A stretch of 37,339 nucleotides of DNA. It comes from Azolla caroliniana (lineage: Eukaryota > Plantae > Polypodiophyta). The stretch is taken from contig JBHGNT010000301.1 in the NCBI GenBank assembly GCA_043228905.1, positions 1-37,339 on the forward strand, written 5' to 3'. A program made the position numbers and the translations under genes. Below, one piece after another: positions 23,333-35,419 of this stretch (position 1 is its first letter; every line of letters begins with the position of its first letter). Below the pieces are notes generated by a model that saw only the letters and a program-made list of their open reading frames with translations, was not told the origin of the DNA and made no database searches.

Positions 23333-23690
23333 CTCTGCATTTTTGTTGGTTCCCAAAATGGCATTGGGTTTTCATTATTTGTCCAAACCCCAAGGAGAGA
23401 TAAAGGGGACGAATTGAACATACAATTCCTCAATGATCACACATCATTGATCAGTAAGGGAATGAATTGATCATATAATTCCTCAATGATCGCACATAAT
23501 TGATCAGTAAGGGGATGTATTGATCATATAATTCCTCAATGTCACACATAATTGATCTGTAAGGGGATGCATTGTCCATATAATTGCTCAAATACTGCAT
23601 ATAATTGTTACATAAAGGGGTTGAGCAAGGCCATTTGGGGGAAATAATGAAAACTCAAGGGCTTTTGAGGAAATAACAAAAATTGCAGAG
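23333..23690. mobile_element. Foldback/MITE-like element with internal ~53-bp tandem repeats, in an ATP synthase subunit intron
   Basis: Imperfect ~60-bp inverted ends (CTCTGCATTTTTGTT..GGGTTTTCATTATTT vs AAATAATGAAAACTC..AACAAAAATTGCAGAG) enclose 4 copies of a TAAGGGG..ATTGATCATATAATTCCTCAATG unit. No clear TSD. Confidence 0.6.
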
Positions 23691-23736
23691 TATTTGGGAG
23701 TTCTATCTTAATACGTGAGAGCTAAGAGCATCTTAC

Positions 23737-23854
23737 GAGTTAGCGCCAACGACATCTTCAAAACAAGGGCCAATGTAACCCCAAATCCCGTTACAAATGG
23801 CCAATTGCGTCGTGCCTCCTTGATAGCAACCCTACCAAATGATTCTCCTGGCAT
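23737..23854 (-). CDS. MtATP6: Mitochondrial ATP synthase 6 kDa subunit (plant small subunit 6), coding exon 1
   Basis: Acceptor CAACAG| at 23869, ATG at 23854, donor C|GTAAGA at 23736. MPGESFGRVAIKEARRNWPFVTGFGVTLALVLKMSLALT matches the family motif RNWPFLxGF...K.S..LT. Confidence 0.88.
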
Positions 23855-25035
23855 ATTTTTTACTTTACCTGTTGTATTACAAATAATACAAGAAAAAGCA
23901 TTGGCATATCACAAGAATGCATGAAAACAATTATATGCGCAAGATAAGTATGAATAGTGTTTGGGAACCTTTTCTTAAATAATCAGCTGAGTTTCCTTTT
24001 CCTCATGAAATAATTTAAATAATGCGGAAATGCTAAACATCTAATAGATTTGTTTTGCATTTATGTAGGATTTTGCAAATGATTTTGGCAAGTTAAAACA
24101 TTTGGCTCAATATTTTAGTGAATGGAGGCACTTTTCCTCAAAATGAAGGGTACAAACGTTACTTCCAGGATGTGCAGACATAGATGCTGTGAGCTATTAA
24201 AACATAACTAAGGCCACCCTCCATAACCCATGCCAGACGCTACTCAATCACGACCTCATTTGCAAGATTGCAATCTCAAATGCCAATCAATAATTTTACG
24301 GTACATGATGAATATTTAAGGTGATAGTTGAACATTTGGTTTGTGTTAGTGCCAGAAAAGCAAGCAACATTGGTGCATGCACTGTCTACATGCACATACT
24401 AGCACACATTTGATGTCCCTTTGAGTGCAAGGTACCATGTACCAACCTCGATCATTCAAGTTGATGTCAGAAAGGCATAAACATTTTTCCACGCCCTTCC
24501 TGAATGTGCTAAGAGACACACATACACTAGGGTATTATTGAACATGCTGTACTGAGTTCAATACACTCACCTCATGGCTAGCTGCCGAGGAACTCTCTCT
24601 CTCTCTCTCTAATCTCTCATGCCTCAAGTTCATGCAAAGGGGCAAGAAAAGTAGCCTGTAACTGCTAAGAGTCTCTATGTCTCTCTCATAGGTCGTGTTA
24701 CCAGCCTCCCAAGGACAGTAATATATCATGATCAACATCATATCTTTCTCTCTCACTTACTTCTATAATCAACCCTTCTTCTGTTAGCACGCTGCTGATG
24801 TTGTTGCTCTCTCTCTCTCTCTCTCTCTCTCCTGGTCTTACCCTAGTTGTAAGCTATTATTAGCCTCTTTTATTACATCATATATTAAAACACATGCCAA
24901 ATGGGTGTATCGAACAAAATACCTCACGCTCTCCAAATAGCTAACACACAAATCTCAACGATGGCCCGATTGGCCTTCTCTACTCTCTCTCTGTTTTTGG
25001 CCATAATACCGAAGGAACAACTCTCTCTCTCTCTC

Positions 25036-25480
25036 TGTGTATGTTTCGGGTCTAAATCTCAAGGAACGATACAACATGAAACTGCGGAAGCAGAATCAGA
25101 AACAGCATTTGTGTTAAGGAAGCGTGTGTATGTTTCGGGTCTAAATCTCAAGGAACGATACAACATGAAACTGCGCAAGCAGAATCAGAAACAGCATTTG
25201 TGCTAAGGAAGCGTGTGTATGTTTCGGGTCTAAATCTCAAGGAACGATACAACATGAAACTGCGGAAGCAGAATCAGAAACAGCATTTGTGCTAAGGAAG
25301 CGTGTGTATGTTTCGGGTCTAAATCTCAAGGAACGATACAACATGAAACTGCGGAAGCAGAATCAGAAACAGCATTTGTGCTAAGGATGCGTGTGTATGT
25401 TTCGGGTCTAAATCTCAAGGAACGATACAACATGAAACTGCGGAAGCAGAATCAGAAACAGCATTTGTGCTAAGGAAGCG
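25036..25480. repeat. 5 x 89-bp tandem repeat
   Basis: ATGTTTCGGG at 25041, 25130, 25219, 25308 and 25397. Three copies each carry one private substitution. Confidence 0.97.
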
Positions 25481-25488
25481 ATCCTTAC

Positions 25489-25680
25489 CTGAAGATGAGT
25501 TGTAGGCGATGGGATGCGAAAGACAGAGACAGGTTTGTAGCGAGAGCGCGGGCACAAAAACACACACACGCAGGCTTTCGATGATGAAGAAGAAGAAGAA
25601 GAAGAAGAAGAAGATATTGATGATGATATGTATGTATGTATGTATGTAACAAAAGGGAAGAAGAAGACATGCACCTTCTT
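25489..25680 (-). other. Probable 5' UTR exon of the ATP synthase 6 kDa subunit gene
   Basis: CT/CTT-rich leader on the minus strand ending in a consensus donor CAG|GTAAGG at 25488. The next recognisable exon is at 23868. The TSS is not determined. Confidence 0.55.
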
Positions 25681-25972
25681 TTTAGGTCAAATGTGTGTGT
25701 GTGTGTGTGAAATGGCTATGGTGAAATCCACACTAAGACCTAATGGCAATGTTGCACATTGAAACCCAGAACATACATATACCGAAAGCCCCGACCATCC
25801 AGATATTGTATCCAACCAACCCCAAAAACCCTGCAATCGGTCTCAAAACATGGACCATTTCTGCTTTCCCATATATGTTTGTGCAAAACAACAGGCATCG
25901 TCCCGATGAGCTCGTCCTCAATTGATGACTTCCTCTTTTCCCATCTCTCTCTCTCTCACTCTCTTTTATCGC

Positions 25973-26170
25973 ATTAGCTTACCCTAGTGGTAAGTTGTTT
26001 ACACTACTAGCAGTTCATCTTGGGTTCAAAACCCAATTTTCTTACCTCTCTATTACTCTACAAATATCTCTTATTTCACTAGATGCCACTGTGGAATGTA
26101 GGGGTTGAACCCATGACCATCGGGTCTCCATTGGGCAACCTTACCAATTGAGCTACAACCATCTAAGCAA
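25973..26170 (-). mobile_element. ~190-bp tRNA-derived repeat with two convergent tRNA-like heads (copy B)
   Basis: Minus strand has A box TAGCTCAATTGG (26155-26144) and B box GGTTCAACCCC (26111-26101). Plus strand has TACCCTAGTGG (25980) and GGTTCAAAACC (26023). Homologous to 12990-13176. Confidence 0.72.
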
Positions 26171-26190
26171 CTCTCTCTCTCTCTCTCTCT

Positions 26191-27052
26191 TTTGTGAAAA
26201 CGCACAATTATATTAATAAATGTGTGTAAAAAACACTGCTTACAATGGGTGTGACAATGGAGTATGGTTCCCCACTAACTACACTACATGAGTAGGGGAA
26301 CATGTTGAATTGCCAATAGGCAAGACAAACACTCCACTAAGGAAAGATTTTCCACTTGCTCCAATAAAGAAAATTGCCACATTAGTAACCCCTTCAACTT
26401 TTGTAGATATGCTTTCACTCCATGGCTACCATCGAATACAAAAGTGTTGCGCATGTTCCAATTATGACGTAGCCCCCACTATCTTAGAAATAGAAAACAA
26501 TCTCGATCTCTGATTTTGGGTCAAGCTGTGTAAATTGTGCAAACTCCCACTGTCTAGGTGTCAAATAACACCGTGATAAAACTTGCCAAATTTGAGAAAT
26601 GTAACTCCAAATCTGACAAGCAATCAGACATTGTATAAATCGATGAGTATTATTTTCCACTTGAACAACGCAAAAAAGCAATTACCTGTTGCTAGTCTAC
26701 GACGCTTTAGAGCTAATCCCAAAGGCAATCCTCCAATCAAAACTCTCCAAATGAAGACCTTTGCTACAAATGGCAATTTAAAATGCCAACTACGTTGTAA
26801 GATCTGCCACCACCAATGATGAGATTTGTGTATTTTCCATTCTTTTTCAACCTTAGATGATAACTATCCAAGAGACTCAACAAAGCAATGATATAAAAGA
26901 TTAGTAGTCACTTGTAACAACGATGTTTGACCCTGTAAACACCAATCAATCCACAGTTGTTCTACTGTTTATAGAGGTAAGGGACCTTGCATCAATGCAA
27001 TATTTTGTAGTTGTTGCCAAATAAAGCTATAATTAGGTGGGATGCGTAATAA
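26191..27052 (-). mobile_element. 5'-truncated copy of the same L1/Tx1-like LINE (3' end)
   Basis: Reverse-complement similarity to about 16975-17899 (e.g. GGAGGATTGCCTTTGGGATTAGCTCTAAAG, THRFIQC..ACQIWSYISQIWQ). Bounded by (CT)n on both sides. Confidence 0.9.
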
Positions 27053-28623
27053 CTCTCTCTCTCTCTCTCTCTCTCTCCCTTAAAAGTAGATTTTTCTCGC
27101 CCCAATTGCACATCGAAATATGTGTCGAGATAGGTAGATGAGCATGAGTCATGGTTGGCCATTCGAAGTCTCTCTTTGTGAGGCATATCCTCTTGGCTCA
27201 AGTCTGTGTAGTTCAAGATTTTGGGGTTTTGTTTGATATATGCTTTGCTCCCAAGATCCTTTTAGTTGCGTCACGTGAGGGCCCACTCTTATGAGTAAAT
27301 CAATGCTTGATGGTACGAGAAAAACTTAAATATGGTACATGAATGCTTAATAAACAAAACATCATACATGGTAGAGTTAACTTCTTCTGAAGACTTCCAT
27401 GGGGTTTGTGACAGCATGAGGAAGTTGTTTTAAATGCACAAATTATTAAATGCGCTTACGATAATAATGTTGCATAACCTACAAAAAATGAGATGGAGAC
27501 ATGCCACTCAAAGAAATGAACAATGATGCGTTACTCTCAAATTTGAGAAAACTTACATTTTTAAGCATCTATAGATAAATGAACTAAATGCTCCATCAGA
27601 TATTAAGATATGAAAGATTTAAGCTTGTGTGAGAACTCGTCCTTCTTTCTAAATTTATCTTGTCAATAACATCTTCTAAGCTACCTTAGAACTTGGACTA
27701 CATCCATTATGAGATTGTACTCATCCAAGCACTAAGAAAGTTTACTCCTAATGCTAAACTCGCCATATCTTCCTATGTGAACAACTTTTGATCAATGCAT
27801 TCCACAAACAACCATCCATAGGGAAGTAAATGTTCACATATAGGAAATCATATCATATATGTCCGACGCATCTTTACATCTTTACAAATGGGATGCTCCT
27901 ACATGATGATGATGATAGGACTTTAATTGACAACAATTGACAACACAAAAACCCAAATGAAAGTCCATATGAAGCATAACTCCACATGCTATCTCACACA
28001 TATGACAGATGGAATTGTTTCGATAAAATAAACGTAAGTCCATATGGCATAAATGAAATAGACATAATTGTTTCGATGAATTGCTTCAATATTCTTATAA
28101 GTGAAAAATAGTGTGATCTACAAAATAGATGTAGAAAATACAAATGGATCACAGTCGATCTTTGCACAACAATCCTCAATGCCACGTTTTGCAATCATGT
28201 CAAGAACCACTTGTATATGCGAAAAACAAAGCGTTCTATGTGAATGCTCAGCATAAGGAAAAGAAGTAAAACATGAAATAAGAATGCCATTATAAAATAA
28301 ATGAAGTCCATAAATGCTACATATTGGGTCTCATTAGAAGGCTGTACCCAACTGTCTTTATCTGGCTGTGATCGAAAAATCTCGATCCTGTGATAAGGAA
28401 TCAATCTTGATGCTTTCCTTTGGTGTTTTCCCAACTGCTTGAAAGTAAACCATATAAAGCACAATGCATCAAGGCACCATTCAATGAAACCCCTTTCAAT
28501 CTTTTATGTACAAAAGCCAATATTTCTCCAGAGTGAAGGGTTGTTATAGAATGCAGAATGACGTCTTGAGCCTCTGATATACCCTTCATAGAAAACAAAG
28601 AGAAAAATCTTTACAACTTTTCC

Positions 28624-28784
28624 TCACCAAACCCAAGCTCGTCGTGCATCTTCTGCCTTCACATTACTTGGCACTAGTGGCATGTGGCCATAAATCCCTA
28701 CAAATTTATTCAAGCAAAATGTCCGGTGCTCACTGTGTCCCGTTAAACTGCTGATACCTGTCGTGCCAATCTCCGACAATGTTC
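28624..28784 (-). CDS. EPC1: GT64 glycosyltransferase (EPC1-like), last coding exon
   Basis: (G)TLSEIGTTGISSLTGHSEHRTFCLNKFVGIYGHMPLVPSNVKAEDARRAWVW* matches the EPC1-type C-terminus. Total spliced CDS is 987 nt. Confidence 0.95.
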
Positions 28785-29682
28785 CTGCGCAAATGAAAAA
28801 AAACAAAGAAATGGAATGTTAATATTTAAACGTCTATGAAACACCAAAATGAGCAATAAGACCAACCAGAGCTACAACCATAATCTTGTCCATTATACAA
28901 ACCAGCTATGGTATCATATTTAACCATTATTAAATATGATCCTTTGATTTTCTTGTAACGATGAAGAAAAAGACACCAACGCTTGATATAAATATTAATA
29001 CTATTGCTTAAGCTTATCAAGGTCCATTTTCAAGAATCTGCATGACTTGCATATGCTCCACAATGCACAAATAGCATATATGTACAATGTGTGCGAACAC
29101 ATATCTATGTTTTACACAGACCAACATAAAGAGTTTAGACAACCAACCCATGCACTCGTATGCATTTTGATTTTCTTATCGTCGAAGGGCACAAGTTTTG
29201 GATACCTTACATCCACTCAAAAATTTTGGTATCAAATTAGTTATCGTTCTCAAATAATATCTTAATTCATGGGAACAATGAATATATACAAGAACTAATT
29301 TGCAAAAATAAAATCATCCATAAGATGATTAGCTCCCACATTGTTAACAAATACAAAGAAAAAATATGAAACCATGCAATACAGCAAGGCCTTAACAAAA
29401 GTGTCTCTTAGAAGTTACTTTTGCATGACTTTCTCATCTCTAGAAGCAACATGGAAATTCAATCTTGTGAGATTTACATACACCTTCATAAAATGTCAAA
29501 AATACTTACATTGATGGGAGAATGTGAAACAAAAAACACAATTTTTCTGTTGTTCTAAAGTTCCAGAAAATCATTTCCCCATAAACATAAATAATGATTC
29601 AATGAATGCCCTATTCATATTCAATGTATCGATAAGCATGAACAAATAAGGATTAATAGAGATTCACTAGTTACAGTAGCAC

Positions 29683-29753
29683 CTTTTACCCAGATAGGAG
29701 GACCACCAGTAGCATTCGCAACAAGAAATGACATCGCAATGTCTTCACAGTTT
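29683..29753 (-). CDS. EPC1: GT64 glycosyltransferase (EPC1-like), coding exon 4
   Basis: NCEDIAMSFLVANATGGPPIWVK (catalytic NCED motif). Bounded by TGCAG| and AAG|GTGCTA. Confidence 0.95.
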
Positions 29754-29848
29754 CTGCATAAATTTGAGACGAGCATAAGAATATTCCTCTAACGCTGAAA
29801 CATATATATGAACTTCTTTTTAAAAATAATCACGAGATTTTCCTGAAC

Positions 29849-30018
29849 CTTTCTTTTGTCACAAAATCTCTTATTTGAGATGGCATATGATTAGTGTAAA
29901 GGTCAAGATATTTCTGGTGGAAAAATGCACCCTTCGATAAAACCATGCTATATGTTCCAGTCCACCACACTGACCACCACCCTCCATATGAATATCGTGC
30001 CTCACTTGATTCACGTTT
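29849..30018 (-). CDS. EPC1: GT64 glycosyltransferase (EPC1-like), coding exon 3
   Basis: YSYGGWWSVWWTGTYSMVLSKGAFFHQKYLDLYTNHMP. Bounded by TGTAG| and AG|GTTCAG, with consistent phases. Confidence 0.95.
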
Positions 30019-30107
30019 CTACACACATAAAACCATATCTGGGATTTCAGCGGCGTTCATTCTTTTAGAGTGAATGCCAAAACAAGACTCTATAAAAACA
30101 TACATAC

Positions 30108-30519
30108 ATCTTGCTGTAGCCAATGCATTCTTGGCACAAAACCTACCATGCTCTCTTGAGCACTACACCAAACATTGAATGCAAATGCCAAAGTATCACA
30201 ATCAACCACAACATCATCATCCACAGAGAATATGGCATTTGTGGCAAGGTCTTCAAGGGGTTTAAACCTCGTATTGAGATTGTCCTCGTTATGCATGTCA
30301 ATCTTCAGCTTTATAGTGTGTTTTGATTTAAGCTTATGAGAAGCGGCCCTCACGGATGATTGAAGGTAAGTTAGCAATGGTTCAGAGGGCGGCTCGGTTG
30401 ACTCACTCCATACAATTCGGATAGTATCCACATTTGGGCACCGCGAGTAGTGTTGCACCGATTTCTTGAGTAAGTCCGGCCTTCTCCATGTGTTAATAAG
30501 GATGGTGAAATGCTCTTGC
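30108..30519 (-). CDS. EPC1: GT64 glycosyltransferase (EPC1-like), coding exon 2
   Basis: NTWRRPDLLKKSVQHY...VWSE...NLNTRFKP...AIFSVDDDVV...MVGFVPRMHW (GT64/EXTL2 family, DxD motif). Bounded by TATAG| and GAT|GTATGT. Confidence 0.96.
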
Positions 30520-31569
30520 CTATACAAAAGAAGACATATTTTCAAGACAAAATGAAAAAATAAGCAGTTCATCTTTAGCTAAGACTTAAAAATGTCACAT
30601 GATCCGATGTATATTTGCCACCAAGTGACACTTATAAAGCATACATTTCAAGACTAAAATGAGCAAACAATTAGTTATTCTTCACACCTTAACAACCTAC
30701 GTTAACACAATGTCTTGCAATTTTGCTGCAATGTGACTCTGAATTGAAACTGAAGGTTCAGAAATCATTGCACCTCTAAATTTGGTATACATTAGAAATT
30801 TACAAGAGATCAGGATTTGGTATTCATTCACTAATTTTAAATTTAAGGTTGGAAGTGTCTATAGCGGGAACAAGATCCAACAGAAACATATAGCATCGAC
30901 AGATAATTCTCATAATTTCCTATTATTCCATGCATGCCAAGAATACTCAACAGAACAGTAAAGCAAATTTTCCCAAACAATGCACAGCATTTACATACAA
31001 CAATTTTTTGGAACAGATACTGAATTTAGTGCACATTGAATATGCATTATTTAATATTCACATCTAAATTTCCACGCATTGAAGGTGCAGAATTTTTAGA
31101 GAGGTTTTAGAATGAAACGCTTGAAATTTTGAGAAATCTGGTAATAAAAATAAAATAAAACAAATCCTTGAACATTGATCTAAATATAGAAATAAAGAAA
31201 GACATTAAAATCTTTTAAGAGGCCAAAATAGCCTATGAGACCAAACAAGAAATTACATCTCAAGATGTTGTCTTGTCTTTGAAAACAACAAACCAAAATA
31301 AAAGTAGCTAAGTAAATAAAAATAGAAGTGATTAAAGAATCTTGTTATCTGTATGTGTAAGTTTCTCAAGTAAGATAGAAGATAATTTTTGTCTTTGAAA
31401 GACCTCTAGCATAAGTCAATCAGAATGGAGAGATATCCAAAGTGAGGGAAGCAATTGCGATGGCGGGAGGTAATAGCATTTATTTATGGATGACAAGGGT
31501 GGTGAGATCGTGGTGGACAAGGTTGGGACTTACTTGCATGACAAACTGCTATTGTCCGATCTATTGTAA

Positions 31570-33250
31570 CCCCTAAGCAATGTCATGGTTGGGGATCCAC
31601 TTGTGTAGCCTTTGATTGACTTGTAGATGAATAAGACTGATGGAGCTAAAGAATGTTGCGATTGTTCTTTGTTGATGATCTTGTATGGTTGAATTGTTGT
31701 CCTTCAACAACTTCTCCTTCTGTTTCTTGAATTCTAGCAAGAACAACCTAAGGCAACATTGGTCCTCATAATACATTACTTTGCATAGATGGTCAAAGCC
31801 ATAGTTAATGAGTCAATGGTATCTCCCTCTTATTTCATAACAAATTATACATTTGGCAAACATAGTGTTCCTCAAATTCCATTGATAACACAATCGGGAA
31901 ATTCTTTCTTCTAGCGAAGTGCATGCATATCTACCTACCTCGATCACTAACTGATGTTAAGAGGTTTTCAGCTGCCTATCCCACTATATAGCGCATAGGG
32001 TAGATGTATGTCCATATAAGAGGGCATGATGATGAAACTATCCTTTAATTTGTGCGAAAAGTGTGCCTTATAGTGGGCCATCTTCCTACCAAGTGATGTT
32101 GTGCAGCTGATCCATGTTCTTCAGTTATCCAATTTGATAATATTAATTTGGACCACTCTATTCTTTTCCACTTTGGTCCTATTCGGATGGGTACAATCCA
32201 AGCTATATTGGAATAGGGGTAGTGTATTTATGGTTATGCCAGCTAAATATGATACCTCCTTCACAAGCATTGGAAGGTTGTGATTGCTTGTTTGTGTGTA
32301 CAAATCCTTTGAGTTACTTCATGTTGCAAGCGTCTCCTTGTATCACAAACTCCTTATCATACTAGCTATTTTGTATAATTCCACCAAGTTTAGTGCCTAT
32401 TTTGTGGTGAAAAAGCATTTAAGGCTGCTTTATGCAATGACTGTAACAATCTTTGTGTGACTTCCTCTAGGCGTGTGAAAGGATCCAAATCCACCATGCC
32501 ATTGTATACTCCACAACTATAGATATCAACTGACTCTCGTGTAAGTTAGTATTTAGCCAGGCCAATCTCCTTTATGCATCCATCCTTCACCTCAAAGCAT
32601 AGATATGTGTGATCTGCTGAAAAGCCAATAGGCCTAGCAGAGATGGTGAACTATGTTCTTTTTGGGTCTGATTTCCCCTACTTTTGGGTTCCAAAATGTC
32701 TAATCATCTGATCTGTGCCAATGTGACAAACCATTTTATACCACAAATTCGTGTGCACTTCCCAAGGCCAGAAAGTGTTTGCCATATTCTTAGTTCACTT
32801 TTATCTTGAGCTTGTCACTTTAGACCAGCTTCTTCTACAATAACTTGTCCATACATAGCTTCACTTGTTTCAAACGTAGTTGTTTGTTCATCCTTAGTAT
32901 GTGCATTGAAGTTTCCTATGATATCATCATACAAAGGTGCAAAGTTTGAGTATATATGTGGAAAGTGGCAATTGCAACATATAGTTTTCGAACATCCCCA
33001 ATTTTGATTTGTACCCACATATAATGCAATCTACATCCTTCTGCACAATATGCGCTCAATCATGGAGCTCCTTTTTGGACTATACCACCACTCCTCGAGA
33101 CCTTCCAGTGCTTCTGTGTTTGTGGTTGGGGATGACATAACAACTCACATCTACATCCTTTTGCATTGAGAGTTTATTAGCAATGCATTAATGGGTCTCT
33201 ATACACATAGTGATATCTACATTCTTGAAGGTATCTTTAAAATATCCAAC
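31570..33250 (-). mobile_element. Highly decayed LINE (endonuclease and downstream remnants) in the EPC1-like intron
   Basis: Broken motifs resembling APE (ETH, ...SGG, YMWVQI, DDIIGNFNAHT) with many stops. Boundaries are approximate. Confidence 0.55.
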
Positions 33251-33299
33251 ATCTATCCTTAGAGATCCTTGCAATTCCATATAGTCATGTGTAAGGTCT

Positions 33300-33922
33300 C
33301 ACGGGCCATACAACATCACGTGGCATCTGTGGTGTTTGTGGCTAGAAATGAAGAAACTAAATAAGAAAGTGCTTTCGGACATTTTCAAACTCTTTTCAAA
33401 TAGACTTAGGAATGTTATTACCCCATACTTCAACCTCATAGAGAAGCACTAGTATTACCAATTGTCAAAGAGGCATTTCTTGAGGCCCCAATATTTAATT
33501 TCCTCATTTGTTGCATATGTTCTCAAATGCATAGTAACCCCTTCTTCCCATTTCCAAGTAGTATGTAGCACATTCATTCCATCTATAGTTGAAGGAAAAC
33601 TTAAGCCCCAGATATTTAAAGCATTCTACGGGTTCAAGACGCTCATTATCATACACAATGTATGATACTTAGCTTACTGTGCATACAAAAGTTTTCCACT
33701 GCACTAATAAACTTTTGGGCATCTTTTAAAGTATATGCTTTTTTCCACTACACTAATATGCTTTTGGGCATCTTCTGAAGTATATCCAAAAAGCACTACA
33801 TCATTTGGATATAAGAAAAGCATGATAAACGCATTCCCAATGGTAACTCCTTCAATGCCTTCTTGCTTTACAGACTCGTTGACCATTTGTTCCAATTCAT
33901 CGATGCATAAACCAGAGAGAGT
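33300..33922 (-). mobile_element. RTE-like LINE RT fragment (same family as 20670-21265) in the EPC1-like intron
   Basis: GLCIDELEQMVNESVKQEGIEGVTIGNAFIMLFLYPNDVVLF aligns with GLCIDELEEIVAKFVKEEGVDEVAIGNVAIMLLFYADDVVFF. It abuts (AG)n at 33930-33970. Confidence 0.85.
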
Positions 33923-33925
33923 GGG

Positions 33926-33975
<50 letters not shown>

Positions 33976-33978
33976 CAC

Positions 33979-34151
33979 CTGTCCCATTCTTGAATCTGTG
34001 GATGCCATCCCATGATTGAGGAGATTTTGCAAGTATGAACTAAAAGGATGATTAATGCGAATATGCCAAAGATGGAACAAATTTGAATTCGATAGCTTGA
34101 AGACCACATAAGATTCCGTGTCGATTTCCATCGACTATGTGCCCCTTTCAT
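33979..34151 (-). CDS. EPC1: GT64 glycosyltransferase (EPC1-like), coding exon 1 with signal anchor
   Basis: MKGAHSRW...IQICSIFGIFALIILLVHTC gives a type II TM anchor. Donor AG|GTGACA at 33978 is phase 2, matching the next exon. The start codon could lie in a further upstream exon. Confidence 0.75.
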
Positions 34152-34529
34152 CAATCTCGCCTTCTTATCCACTGTGGCAAACCTTCTCACAAAGCTGAAA
34201 TTTTCTTACCAGTTTTTCTTTCTTCTTTTTCCCTTTAAGAATAAGAAAGGCTTTAATCAGCTATCAACAGAAAGCCCTTTTAAACTCAATTGGGCTATGA
34301 TAAAGGAAGAGTACAACATCTTCATTCTCTTCTTTGTTTTACAGCATCAAAATTCTAATTATATTGACTTTGAATTATATACATGTATTTTCTTTACTTA
34401 ACAAATGACAGGAAGAGCATTTCTCCTTTTATGATCTCAAGAGAGGAAAAATATAATCGAAGTCTTGCTTTCGTTTCTTTCCAAGTTAACCTTGAAATGC
34501 ACCTTACCTTCCTTCAGATTTTCTATCCC

Positions 34530-34539
34530 TTGATCTATC

Positions 34540-34573
<34 letters not shown>

Positions 34574-34598
34574 GTATATATCTGTGCGTACATGTATA

Positions 34599-34629
<31 letters not shown>

Positions 34630-34660
34630 GTTATTGTATGTATGTATATAGATATAGATA
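34530..34660. repeat. Compound (TATC)n/(TACA)n microsatellite
   Basis: Directly visible, upstream of the EPC1-like CDS. Confidence 0.9.
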
Positions 34661-35364
34661 AATGCTTTTTTTACTGGAAAATTTGATAGGAATATCCAAG
34701 TTTTCCTTTGCAAGAAATACACCCAAACTTTGGCTAGGCCCAAAGTTCAATTTGAAGAAATGCTCCTTTTTTTTCTTCAAATCCATGCACACAAATACCA
34801 CACCTTCCTCCCATAAAGGACAGATCTTGCGAAATTTAGACATAAATCTAATGAATTGTGTATTGGAATTTTCTCTTGGATTAGCTACAAAAAACAAAAT
34901 GGTGACAATTCGCATATTCCAAATAGGGCCAAATTTAGCAACTTTAATGTGCAGTTCAATGGGCAAATGAATCTTGTTTGTACAAAAGCAGAGCAAGAAG
35001 CTCTGTTTCGAAAGTAATAAGTAAATAAAGTAATCACTCAATCATAAAACAAAAGCCTACCGTGTATTTGATGGAAGTTTTGCTGACAAGAAAGGGAGCA
35101 GGGGGGGGGGGGAGTTTTGAGGGGATTTGAGTATGAAAATGGGATTTTATTTCCCTCCCTCCCCCCTGAAATTGAGAAGTGGTGGGAGATGGAGGAAGAG
35201 CAGAGGAAAACTGATCTCAAGGAGGAAGAGGTAATGATCTGATTTGCACTTCATTCTCTCTCTCTCTCTCTCTCTGCTTTTTCTCTCTATATTACCTCAT
35301 TGGAATGTGGTTCTCTGTTTCTCTGTCTCTCTCTCTAAGAATGAAAACACTTGAATATAGTAGT

Positions 35365-35365
<1 letters not shown>

Positions 35366-35417
<52 letters not shown>
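35366..35417. repeat. (CT)n microsatellite in the probable EPC1-like promoter region
   Basis: Directly visible. Further (CT)n tracts occur at about 35255 and 35596. Confidence 0.9.

Positions 35418-35419
<2 letters not shown>

Noticed and set aside
24340-24490. Possible H/ACA-like double hairpin
   Set aside because: The stems are short, there is no ANANNA hinge, and it is antisense to the host intron.
24836-24856. Third copy of the double-tRNA module (CTTACCCTAGTTGTAAG after (CT)n)
   Set aside because: Only about 17 bp match, too short to call, although the (CT)n context is suggestive.
25036-25480. CRISPR-like array
   Set aside because: The units are contiguous 89-bp copies with no unique spacers, the context is eukaryotic, and there are no cas genes.
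26090-26165. Functional tRNA gene
   Set aside because: A and B boxes are present, but I could not form convincing acceptor and anticodon stems, and the second copy is degenerate. Treated as a tRNA-derived repeat.
34398-34420. Alternative upstream coding micro-exon for the EPC1-like gene (MLFLSFV, phase 2)
   Set aside because: It is phase-compatible with the acceptor at 34195, but the donor is weak and there is no homology support. cDNA is needed.
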